Assembly (NCBI GenBank): GCA_964270895.1 | Contig: OZ185446.1 | Direction: 5' to 3' (one strand) | Origin: Podarcis filfolensis | Lineage: Eukaryota | Length of the DNA: 64,000 nt | Shown here: in pieces, positions 28,223-38,800 of the stretch | Layout: each line of letters opens with the position of its first letter | Numbering within the stretch: position 1 is the first letter of the stretch | Translations under genes and position numbers: made by a program | Notes under the pieces: model-generated | What the model was told of the DNA's origin: nothing | What the model saw: only the letters and a program-made list of their open reading frames with translations | Database searches by the model: none

Positions 28223-28458
28223 GATCATGGACCTTATTCACCAGCAAAAGCTGGTCTGGTCTCTTTCCCTTCATTACTTAGTGCAAGTGCTGAACTTCTC
28301 AACATACACACATTATCAGATGTATTTTATATGCAAACATTTGTTTCAATAGGTGTCATTTCCCTGCAGGTTTCAGTCTGATTGCTCAAGCTTACCACCC
28401 TGCTAGACTTCAGCTGCTTCTGCCCATAGCCCTCCTCACGGTTATTAGCACAGACAAG

Positions 28459-28575
28459 ATGTCCTGGGTGCAAGCTGCAGTCAGCCAGCACAGAGAAGAT
28501 GTATTTGATGAAGATGCAGATGAAATGGACATAGCTCAGAAAGAATGGAAGAGCACCATGGAGAAACGAGTCAAA
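28459..28575 (+). CDS. YAE1: YAE1 first coding exon
   Basis: MSWVQAAVSQHREDVFDEDADEMDIAQKEWKSTMEKRVK|gtaatt, recognisable as the vertebrate YAE1 N-terminus. Confidence 0.93.
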
Positions 28576-29301
28576 GTAATTATATGGTTTGGGTTGGGGA
28601 TTGACCACATCATTGACATAAAAAAATAGCTATTGAGATTCCAAGCTGGATTAGCCTTTAGAAGGTTTAGCAGGTCCACACATACTCCGACACACCTCAG
28701 TCAGCGCAGAGGCAAATAAGGTGTAGGGAGGATGTGTTGGTTGCAGGGAGAAGATAATCCATATTGGGGAAAAGGGAGAGCCTTGGCTCACTGGCCTTCA
28801 CTGCAGAGTTGCTGATCAGAGGATTAAGGGTCAGCTATAGTGTTCTGTTTGGGAGAAACATAGTTCTGGAATTAAGCAGAGAAAGTCATTTTCAGATGAA
28901 ACTAACGGCAATCCACAAGGATAGCTTAACTGTTAATAATGCACTGTCTTGTGTCATGCTATATAATCAAAGATTCAATTTTCCTCTTTCTTTTTTTTTT
29001 TATTTGTTCAGTCCATGCAACTGGAAGGGCTGAAAAAGATCTCACACTTTTGTTATTGTGCCGAATATCCTCTGTCTGCTCCAGAAGCACTTTTTTCATG
29101 ATGAGGTTGACTTTTTAAAGCTACATGATTGGCACACATATTATGTGTAAGCCACACCTCTAGAGCAAACATTTTTATAACTGCAGATGGACCTCATTTC
29201 ATGATGGCTTATTTGAATAAGCCAGGCAGATACTGATGAGTACTGTACTGTTTCTTTTTACATCCTAGTTGTTAATGTGATTTTGATCTCTTTGCTCAAA
29301 G

Positions 29302-29423
29302 GAAGGCTATAGGGAGGGAGCAGAAGCTGGAAAACTGCTGACAGTTCAACAGGGTTTTAATCAGGGGTATAAAGAAGCAGCAAGGAAGATGATCTCATGT
29401 GGCCAACTCAAAGGAACCATAAG
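29302..29423 (+). CDS. YAE1: YAE1 second coding exon (Yae1_N motif)
   Basis: 122 nt; EGYREGAEAGKLLTVQQGFNQGYKEAARKMISCGQLKGTI(S), with the GYxxG...G...QxGFxxGY motif. Confidence 0.95.
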
Positions 29424-30120
29424 GTATGTAGTAAAGCAGCATTTTAAAAAAAGGAATGGAAATTAATTGTACAAGTTGTTAAACTGATAGCAGACCTCCA
29501 CCAGAGAAATATATCTATTAATATAGTGCCCATTTAAATTATGAACACTTAACTTTTTATCCATTCTTTATCGTCACATCCTGCAGGGAACTGGGGTGCA
29601 CAGCCAACACAGCAGGATTTAACACCTTGCTCATCAGCTGATGGGGGTGCGTTAAATCCTACTCAATTCGGTAGGATTTAATGTAAACCTCTTCACGATC
29701 AAGAAGGTTTTGCATTGAAATTCATTCTAACAAAATCCCCTTCCATCTTACCAGCACCTTGCTTCCTGCAGGTTACTTTGAAGTTCTGACAATGGGACTT
29801 GTCACCAGATCACCTGATGCCATTGTGATGTTCGGTGATTGACAGGAGGACAGATAAGGATCTCTCCTGTGAAGCCAAAAAGGCTCCTCACCCCTTAATA
29901 TAGCCACTTGTCCTGATACAATGTCACTCTCTGTTGAACTTGAGCTACTGGAGAACAGAAAAAGATGGCAACAGTAGTCCGTTTGGTTTGTAGCATTTGA
30001 AAGCTACAGCCAACTTGTCCTTCCGTGCTGCTATGAAACCTGGAGGCAGCCTCTTCCATGTAGACCTCCACTGAAGGTGCCTTATAGGATGCACTGTGGA
30101 AGGAGGAAATTTTTAGACTA

Positions 30121-30349
30121 CAATGGTACCTCAAGTTACAAATGCCCCAGGTTACAAATGCTTCAGGTTACAAACTCCGCTAACCTGGAAGAGTTGCCCC
30201 GAGTTGAGAACTTTGCCCCAGGATGAGAATGGAAATCGTGTGCCAATGGTGCAGCGGCAGCAAGAGGCCCCATTAGCGAAAGCATGCTTCTAGTTAAGAT
30301 CAGTTTCAGGTTAAGAATGGACCTCCGGAACGAACTAGAGATACCACTG
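30121..30349. mobile_element. pogo/Tigger-like MITE
   Basis: TA-caatggtacctc...gagataccactg-TA. Confidence 0.75.
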
Positions 30350-30706
30350 TACTCCATGCCTGCCATTTCTGAGCAAAGACTGTCTCCTGTCTCTTGATTT
30401 CCCCCAACTATCATGGGCTGTAGGAACTTGATTCCATTATAATGAGTATCTCAGGCATTTGCTAGATAGAAAGCAGGAAATGATACACCGTACTAGAAAA
30501 AGGTTATTTGATTGGTACCATGGTGATTTGTAGAATTCTTATACGGCGCTCCAAATTGGAATACAAAACTATTCTAGATTAATGTTCTGCTCAGTTGCCC
30601 TTTATGAATGAGAATAAATATGGGAGGGGGATAATTTTTTTTTAAAGCTGTCTTCTTATTTACATGTGGTCTCATGCAAGATCCATTTTTAACTTTGTTT
30701 TTATAG

Positions 30707-31145
30707 TGCTCTTTCGTTCTGGTGTCAGCACAATGGATGCAGTTCTGGAGTGCTGAGTGAGGTAACTGACCTGCTGAACGAATTGGGAAAATACGAAGAA
30801 TCTGTGTTTAGAAGTCTTAACTCTACCCACCTGCAGCCCCATGTTGAAGACTTGATGGATACTATTGAGGATATGGACCTCGGTCATGCCCTCTTACCTG
30901 AGAAACAGCATGATGGAACTACAGGGGGAAGAATCTCTGAAAACGGCATTGAGTTTAGTGGACAGTGCTGCAGAAATGATAGCAGGACTGGATCCTCCCA
31001 AGAAGAATGTTGCAGGAAGAGAAAAGGTGGCCCTGATTCCAAAAAGCCAGTGTTTACTTGGCTAAAGGAAAAAACTATCAATTTAGTGGATCAGCTAGGT
31101 TTGCCACCAGACACAATTGAACACATTCGACTATTGCAAAGTTAA
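30707..31145 (+). CDS. YAE1: YAE1 last coding exon
   Basis: ttttatag acceptor; ALSFWCQHNG...HVEDLMDTIEDMDL...TWLKEKTINLVDQLGL...LLQS-TAA. The three exons total 678 nt = 225 aa + stop with consistent phases. Confidence 0.93.
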
Positions 31146-31811
31146 TTAATTGTGTGGAATTTTAAAAAGTTTTTTAAAGTATCGTTTTCCCGCAGAAATA
31201 CAACTACCTCAGAACTGGCTGAAATGCAGAGATTTTGCTTTCAAATATTGCTTAATGTGCCCTTTATATAGTGGATAAAATCCTGTGGTATTACATGGAT
31301 ATGGCTTATGATTAATTTGTACACTGTCTAATCTCCTTTAACAAACTTTGCAAACACATCTTATGTTAGTAAATCATTCCAGGCACTATAATCTTATGTT
31401 ACATCGCTGTTCCAGAGATGTGAAAAATACAGCCTTGCAAGAGGGGATTATTCTCTCTCCCCTTCCCTGATACATAGGAAGAATGGGTGTTAAATACAAT
31501 TTGTGAAGATATCTTTAACATTTTATTTGCATTTTTAAAATATGTATGGTGGAAGGATCCCAGTTATTGAGATGAACAGGCATAAAGCTGGGGAATTAAC
31601 TCATTACTCCCCTGCTTTGTTTCAGGAAATTTTCTGAAGCTAGGATTTGCTTTGAGGAAGAAATTCTTCGCTGGTGCTGGCTGATGCTATTTGCATTTTT
31701 TAATATCTGAAATATAAAGGTGCATTTAATGTCACCTTGAGTTTGGCCTTCAGATATTTACTGAAGCATTTCTTAGCTGGTAAACTAGTCTGTACATAGT
31801 ACGGTTCTCTC

Positions 31812-31836
31812 GTGCTCGCTTCGGCAGCACATATAC
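31812..31836 (+). pseudogene. 3'-truncated U6 snRNA retrocopy (U6 nt 1-25)
   Basis: Exact GTGCTCGCTTCGGCAGCACATATAC flanked by direct repeats atagtacggttctctc (31796-31811) / atagtacggttttctc (31837-31852). Confidence 0.9.
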
Positions 31837-32078
31837 ATAGTACGGTTTTCTCTTCATAAGCTTTCTGGGAAAAACCTTCTTGCCCAGAAGTCAGTGCTGC
31901 ACTAATCAGGGGCAGGTGGACAATGCGAGAAGAGGCAGACCTATTCAAGAGAACAAAGAAATAGAAATTCCTCTTCAAAAGGAATTAACGTTTCTTTCGA
32001 ACAGGGGTGACAAACTTGTGTCCCACTTCTGTGACCTCCAATACCCTCACAAAATTTGACATCACTAAATTTAATAAT

Positions 32079-32110
32079 AATAAAAAACTGATAGTGTAAA
32101 ATAATTTATT
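32079..32110. terminator. Facing poly(A) signals: AATAAA on + (32079-32084) and AATAAA on - (32105-32110)
   Basis: The + signal is the first AATAAA I found after the YAE1 stop; the - signal is downstream of the MED1-like stop (a more proximal - signal is at 32749-32754). Confidence 0.45.
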
Positions 32111-33035
32111 GGAAAGCAGCCTCGAGAAGTGCAGTTCTTGCTACTCACGGGAAGGTTGATTATGGGTCAATGTGGCCCCCCAAAAGATTAGCCTCCTCTC
32201 TCCCAAATAATATGAGTTCTATGGGTCTTTTGCTGCCCTTACTTTGCTGTACTATAGCTACACTACTTAACTCTACCTGATTCAGACCAAGAGAAGTCCT
32301 GTGTGTGAGACAGACAGACATACACTCATGTAAAAATACTTACTTCATCTTACATGTAGAGCAAGGTGAACAAATTGTCTGTGCAAGGACAGATTTCAGG
32401 AGAGAGATTCATACCTGTATCCAGTAGAGACTGCACACAAAAGAGTATAATTATGGGAAAGGGCTGGGGTACAAAAGTTTCATTGTAGTGTAAAGATGGT
32501 TCATTTATCTCTTAATTTTAACTAAATCAATGCTATCTGGAAAAATGTCCCTATGTGACTAACATTTGATGGAATCAACACCCTATTTTTAAAAGATCTC
32601 GTCTGATTGGGAAAAAGGAAGCTTTAGTGTAAAGAAAAAAGCCCAATTTAGACAAACTTTCAAGTGGACTAGAGTTCTGCCACAGGGTGTGACCAGTATA
32701 AAGATCAAAGTTGAATTAAAATAACCCACCCACCCTTGCCAAAAAATGTTTATTCTACTAAAAAAAAGTTCCTAAAGCTTTGTTTAACATACTACTTCAG
32801 AAAACCTACTTTTTCTAAACACTCACTATAAAATAACCCTTACAAAGTTGAAACTTAATGTTTAATAAGGTGGTAATCTCTGCATTCAGATTGCTTTTGT
32901 GACTTAAAACGTAACTTTTTCCAATGTTTTTCACTAAGCAGAATTAGTTTTGCCCAGTTGTAACTTGTGAGAGAAATAAACCAAGTATTACACTAAAAAT
33001 AATAATACTGTTGCTCAGTTTCACAAGTAGCCACA

Positions 33036-33174
33036 CTACTGCTGGTTATGTTCAACTTGTTGGTCTTTGCAGTTTTCCTCACAAGCTCCGTCTTTGCTCA
33101 GAGAAGTTTCCTCAGCTTTTTGTTGGGTGGCTTTCTTGAAAATTGCTCTCATGAGAACTGGAATTGACATACAC
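33036..33174 (-). CDS. MED1-like exon 17 (terminal, short)
   Basis: cttctcttag|G CMSIPVLMRAIFKKATQQKAEETSLSKDGACEENCKDQQVEHNQQ-TAG. Confidence 0.88.
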
Positions 33175-35813
33175 CTAAGAGAAGGGCAAAGTCATCCAAT
33201 ATTTAAGGAATTGCTAATTCACTAAATATAATCTGGCTGCTTCATATGCAGAACTAACTGACTGGTGGATAGAACAAGCTGCATTTGCCACTGTCTCCAA
33301 ACAAGTCAGCGCAGTGCAGAAAGCTTTATAGATTACATAAAATAAATTTCTAAAGTTCCATGCCAGTTCTTCTGTAAGGTGACATAAAGGTAAAGGCACC
33401 CCTGACAGTTAAGTCCAGTTGCGAACGTCTCTGGGGTTGCAGCGCTCATCTCACTTTACTGGCCGAGGGGGCCAACGTTTGTCCGCTTCCACAGACAGTT
33501 TTTCTGGGTTGTGGAAATTATGACTAAGCTGCTTCTGGCCAAACCAGAGCAGCGCACAGAAACACTGTTTACCTTCCTGCCAGAGTGGTACCTATTTATC
33601 TACTTGCACTTTGATGTGCTTTCGAACTGCTAGGTTGGCAGGAGCTGAGACTGACAACGGGAGCTCACCCTGTTGTGGGGCCTCAAACCGCCAACGTTCC
33701 AATCTTATTTTGCATTGCTCACTCAACAGGAGCAGTTTGAATCTTTAAAGTTGCATCTCACCACACTGCTGAAAATCCTACTCATGCTCGATGTTTCACA
33801 AGTATTTCCTATCCCTCCACCACCCATTTCTTTCATCAATTTCCTGATCCTTCTAACTTATAATAATAATTTTATTAGTTGTACCCTGCCCATATGACAG
33901 GGTTGCCACAGCCACTCTGGGCAGCTTCCTCCTATAACAACATTGTTTTACTACAATTGTTGTTGTCAACAACAACAACTATCAGCCTTTTAATTTCCTT
34001 CAACACTTCAAGCTCTTTCCCGTCAGAGCAAGGGAGACCTTGCCCACTCCTGAACCTCTCTGTCTTCTGGCCACCTTTACTCTGCATGCAGAGTTGCTAG
34101 TGTTGCCGCTGGTCCAGCCAAAAGGCTATGGCAGGCAGTGATACTGAGGCCTACCTGAAAGTGGTCCAAAGACCACTGCTGAGACTCAGCCCACTGATGC
34201 TTAGACAGTGGTCTAAGCTGCCCATTACAGAAGCAAAGGAACCTCTAGCTGCGCTAACTATTAAAAGATGGAGGAGATTTTTAGTTCCCTTGAGTTCCAG
34301 AGAATTTCACACTGACATACAGTGCTCAACTAACTCTTCTGACCATCTGGAGCTAGACATTTATGGAGCTTGTAGGTAGTTTATTTTGGTTGCCTGTTTC
34401 TCACGTCTTAAGCCTGATGGAGCTATTCCACTGTGTTGTGCTTTCCTATGAAAGCTTACTCAGAAAGCTTACTCAGTATTATTAAGGTCCAGTTCCTCCA
34501 GCAAACTGTCTAAATGCATGCATCATTTGAGAATATCCTTTTTAAGAAAGCTGAATTGGCCTGTGAAACCCACCATTTTTAATAAATTCTTCATTACAAT
34601 GTTTAAGATGGTATTGTTTCTCCTGCCCCAATGTTTATTCAAATACTGAGAAAAATTTCCCGTTACATGAAATATTTTTCAAATCCTTTAAATCACTTAA
34701 AAGTTTCTAGCTGCTGTACAAAGTTATTAAATTTATAGATAGCCACCCATTGGTTTACAAACCATTCCATTATACATGACACAAAAGGAAAAGGGATTGG
34801 AGGGACAAGAAAACTTGGCCCCTATATATTATAGAAGTGTTACGTACCGCTTCAGGACTCTTGTGAGATAATCATTGCTGCAGATTAATGCTCCATCTTC
34901 AGAATGTGTATGAAGAGTGCACATAACGTCCCTTGAACTCAGAACATCGACCATCACTAAACAGAAGAGGGAAAAAATGCTCTAAAAACAAGTGTGACAT
35001 TATAGTAGAGACAACAGTAAGAATTATTAATAACCACCAAATCTAGTCAATCCTTAAATAGAAATTCTTTCTGGTCACTGCATTGGTTTTATTTATTTTC
35101 CTGAAAGCATGCATGCTTCGTGGGAAGAGGTCACATATTCATGCTCATTCCATGCTGACTGTAAAAATGAGCAATTACAAATCACTACAAGATAAAAATA
35201 TATATGTCACCAGTAATTTCAAAAGAAGTTCATTCACACATCTACCTATGAGTAACAGGCATTTGAACTGGCTCCTGTTATCCCATCACCAGCCCAATCC
35301 AAAGACGTGCACATTGGAAGGATTAACAAAACAGTAAACAGGCTGTTCACCTGTTGCAAGTTTATCCCAAGCCATCTTCAAAGCCGGTGTGGTTCAAGTT
35401 TAATCCACAGATTATGTGATAAAGTGCAACATCTGCTTACTTTTTAATATTCCCAACCATAGTATAAAACTGGGAATCAGACCTAATTTATACCTAGGTA
35501 GTCACATCGCAAAATACGCATTTTCACCCTGGGACCATAGGGTGAAAGATGGACTGTAAATGACATAATGTGCTACTTTTTGTACCAATAGCCCCCAAAC
35601 CAATTTAACAGAGAAAAACACAAACACTAGACACACACACACACACACACACACATACTTATTGTGCAATAGTAGAAAAGAGTTTATATAGATGGCCAAG
35701 TAGTAAATGGGAAGAATTTGCCAGTTTCTTCAATGTGTGCTAAAGTAAGAGCCCCTTTGTGTATAACTATAACCATATTGTACATCACCATGAGACACTT
35801 GTGTAGAAGACTA

Positions 35814-35855
<42 letters not shown>

Positions 35856-38800
35856 TGGCAGCCCTGCTTAGGGAAGCTTTTAATGTTTGACGGACTACTG
35901 TATTTTAATATTTTGTTGGAAGCCACCCAGAGAGGCTGGGGAAACCCAGCCAGATGGATGTGGTATAAAAAATAATAAATTTATTAATTATTATTATTAA
36001 TTATTATTATTATTACCACCTCTTTTCAGACCTTATTTATGAATACGTGGCAATAGTCACAGAAGTGATCCAGCTCCTCCTCTCTAGTTCCTTACCTCTG
36101 TGTGTTCAGACTGCATGGGGAGATGGGCAGGTTAGAGGAAGGCAGGAATTGATGAAGCAAAATTTGGGGTGTTGGTTCTAGCAAGGGACTATTTTTGCTC
36201 TACATGAGGCACAAAGTGTCTTGGGCCAGCACTTTTCCCATTAACATCTGAAAGCAGTCACAAGGGCCAGCTATTTAGGGCTTTGCACAGTGCTGCTCTG
36301 GGAAAAGGGAGGTAGTATTTGCGATGAACTGGTTATTGTGTCCATGTGTGGTATGGACATCCAGTCTGTTCTTAACACTGAAACACACATATACACATTC
36401 ACACGTTCTACCCCGGCCTGAGCCAAATGAGGCTACATGTGTAGTGCAAAATGCAGCGAGTGCATTTCTGCACCACGTTCCCTGCTGACTTTTTGTTTGC
36501 CTGTGTGCACCCAATACACCTTTCCTTTGGAGACATACCACAGGCTAGGTTCTCCTCCAATGGATGCTGGAATGTTACTGAAAAGCTAGTGGCTTTTTGC
36601 TGAAAGACGTCAAAATGAAGCAAGTCTGATGAATCTGGAAGGAAATAACTGTTTAGTGACTGTTTGGGCTAACCCTGTAGCAACAGAGCTAAACGTTTAA
36701 TTTGAACTAGAGATATAAATTAGTGGGTGTAGTCAGAAAACATTTGTATTGATTTCCAAGTATTCTATATCCCTTAACTTAAAACATGACCATTGAAGTA
36801 GGAGTGGGTTGGCTTTTGCTAGACTCAAGGAGTCCTGCTTTGTACACGCTCATGAAGTTTCATGGTACAAACACCAAATGAAATACAGTTGCTGAAAATT
36901 TCCTTTTCAGTTTCACTATCTCCAAAAGAAATAAGTTGTAAGGTGTCAACACTGTTTGGCTGGAATCCAAACAGTTCCAAGCACACCTGAAAGCAGGTCC
37001 ACGTGAATACTTCACTCATTTTTAAATCTCTGCCTGCAGCAACTTTTGCTGAGAAGGGAGGGCCGTAGCTCAGTGGCAGAACATGAGTGCCTTGCCTGAG
37101 AAGGTCCCACGTTCCACCCCCGCCATCTCCAGATCTGACTGTGAGAGAACCTCACCTGACACCCTGGAGAACTGATACCAGGGTAGTGTAGTACTGAGCT
37201 ATGTAAGAAAAAGGGGGGGGGGCTGAAAACAGACTATATAGTTTCAAGATGGGAGTTGCAAACGAAACAAAGAAGAAGGGGGAGAACATTGAAGCCAATG
37301 CACATTCGATTTGCGTGATCTGTTCTACGCTATTCATATTGTTGCACCCCACCTTCAATCTCCAAGGTTTCAGGGATTCCAGGTGCTTAAAGAGGGTTTG
37401 TGATTTCTTTTGGGAATGAGGCACAGCGGAGAATGTGATGTCTTTATGATGTATGGTTTATTTACACGTATATACAAACAGCCTACAATGGAGGGGCTCA
37501 CAACATTAGTTTCTCCCACAGCAGCAGCCTTGGATTCAAACAGAAATCAAATATTTCTCTTTGACCCTGTCTCCAGCTTGCTGCTTTTCTTCCTGGTCAC
37601 TTCACTGCTTCTCTCAACTCTGACTTTATCTGTGAGAGGGGGCCCCACCCATTTGCCATCTTGCCCCTTAATCCCCCTTAACGGCTCATCGCTCAGGTTT
37701 ATCACCTCACGAGGAGGCTAGCCTCGCTATTCCTTGGTTAAATTCTAACACTTGCTAGATCCAAGGATTAGAGGGGTCTGGCACCCAGCTTAACCTCCAC
37801 AGATATGATGGGCTCACAATTTTTCCAGCCACTTTCAATGAATTGGATCACAAAAATGCTGAGAGGGGAGTAGAACCATTATGCTGCCCATCACACCTCC
37901 TTATTTCTAATACCTGAATATCTTGTCACCACCATCCAAGGTGGACCTAACTTTACATGCATCCAACATACAAATACAGGTCCCAATTGATATATTTGAG
38001 CTTCACAGCAAATACTGAAGATAAACTCTTCCCAGAATTCACTACTGGAAACACAGCAGAATCAGAAAGAGGTGTGAGCAAAAGATGTGCAAACATCTTA
38101 CCTTCACACTCAGTTGTCTCAGACACGCAGCTGCTAATGAGGGTGTTATATGCTGCTTGACGTCTGAGAACTTCAATCATATCAGGCACACATTTGGGAT
38201 GGGTGAAAGGGATTTTCTTGACCATTGCTCCAGCCATATCAGATTTTTCTATGCCTTTATCTAGGAAATAGCTGTGTTTTGGGCAGCCTGGAAGAGACTG
38301 ATCATAAACCGTACAAGATTTGTTCATGGATGTAGTAGCAATTGTTTCCTGCATTGATTTTTTTAAAAAGTAGTGAATAGGAAACATGAATAAAAGGAAC
38401 TTCCCTTCAAAAACATACCATATTTATTTGAGTCTAATGTACCATCAAATCTAATGCGCACCTCAATTTTCAGAACCCTGAAACCAAAAAAAGTATTTGC
38501 TGGCGAATGTAAATGTGCCATCGAATCTAATGCGTACCTTAATTTTCACAACAATAAGGGTGAGCATTAGATTTGAGTAAATACGATAGTTGTCTAGAAC
38601 AGTACAAAGAATGTGACACTGGACTTTTAAGCAAACCTTGAAATAAGCTGCTTATATTATAGATGCCTTGACCACCCATTTTTAAACAAGTTATTAAATG
38701 GAGTAGTCTCTGCACTGGATCTGAAGAGTTGCTCAGCTCTCAAGCCCAATGGCACCGTGGGGAAAAACCAACCTGTCTGTGTATACATGGTAGTTTAAAG

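Noticed and set aside
29230-29250. CTGATGA hammerhead-ribozyme core
   Set aside because: No matching GAAA core or flanking helices found nearby.
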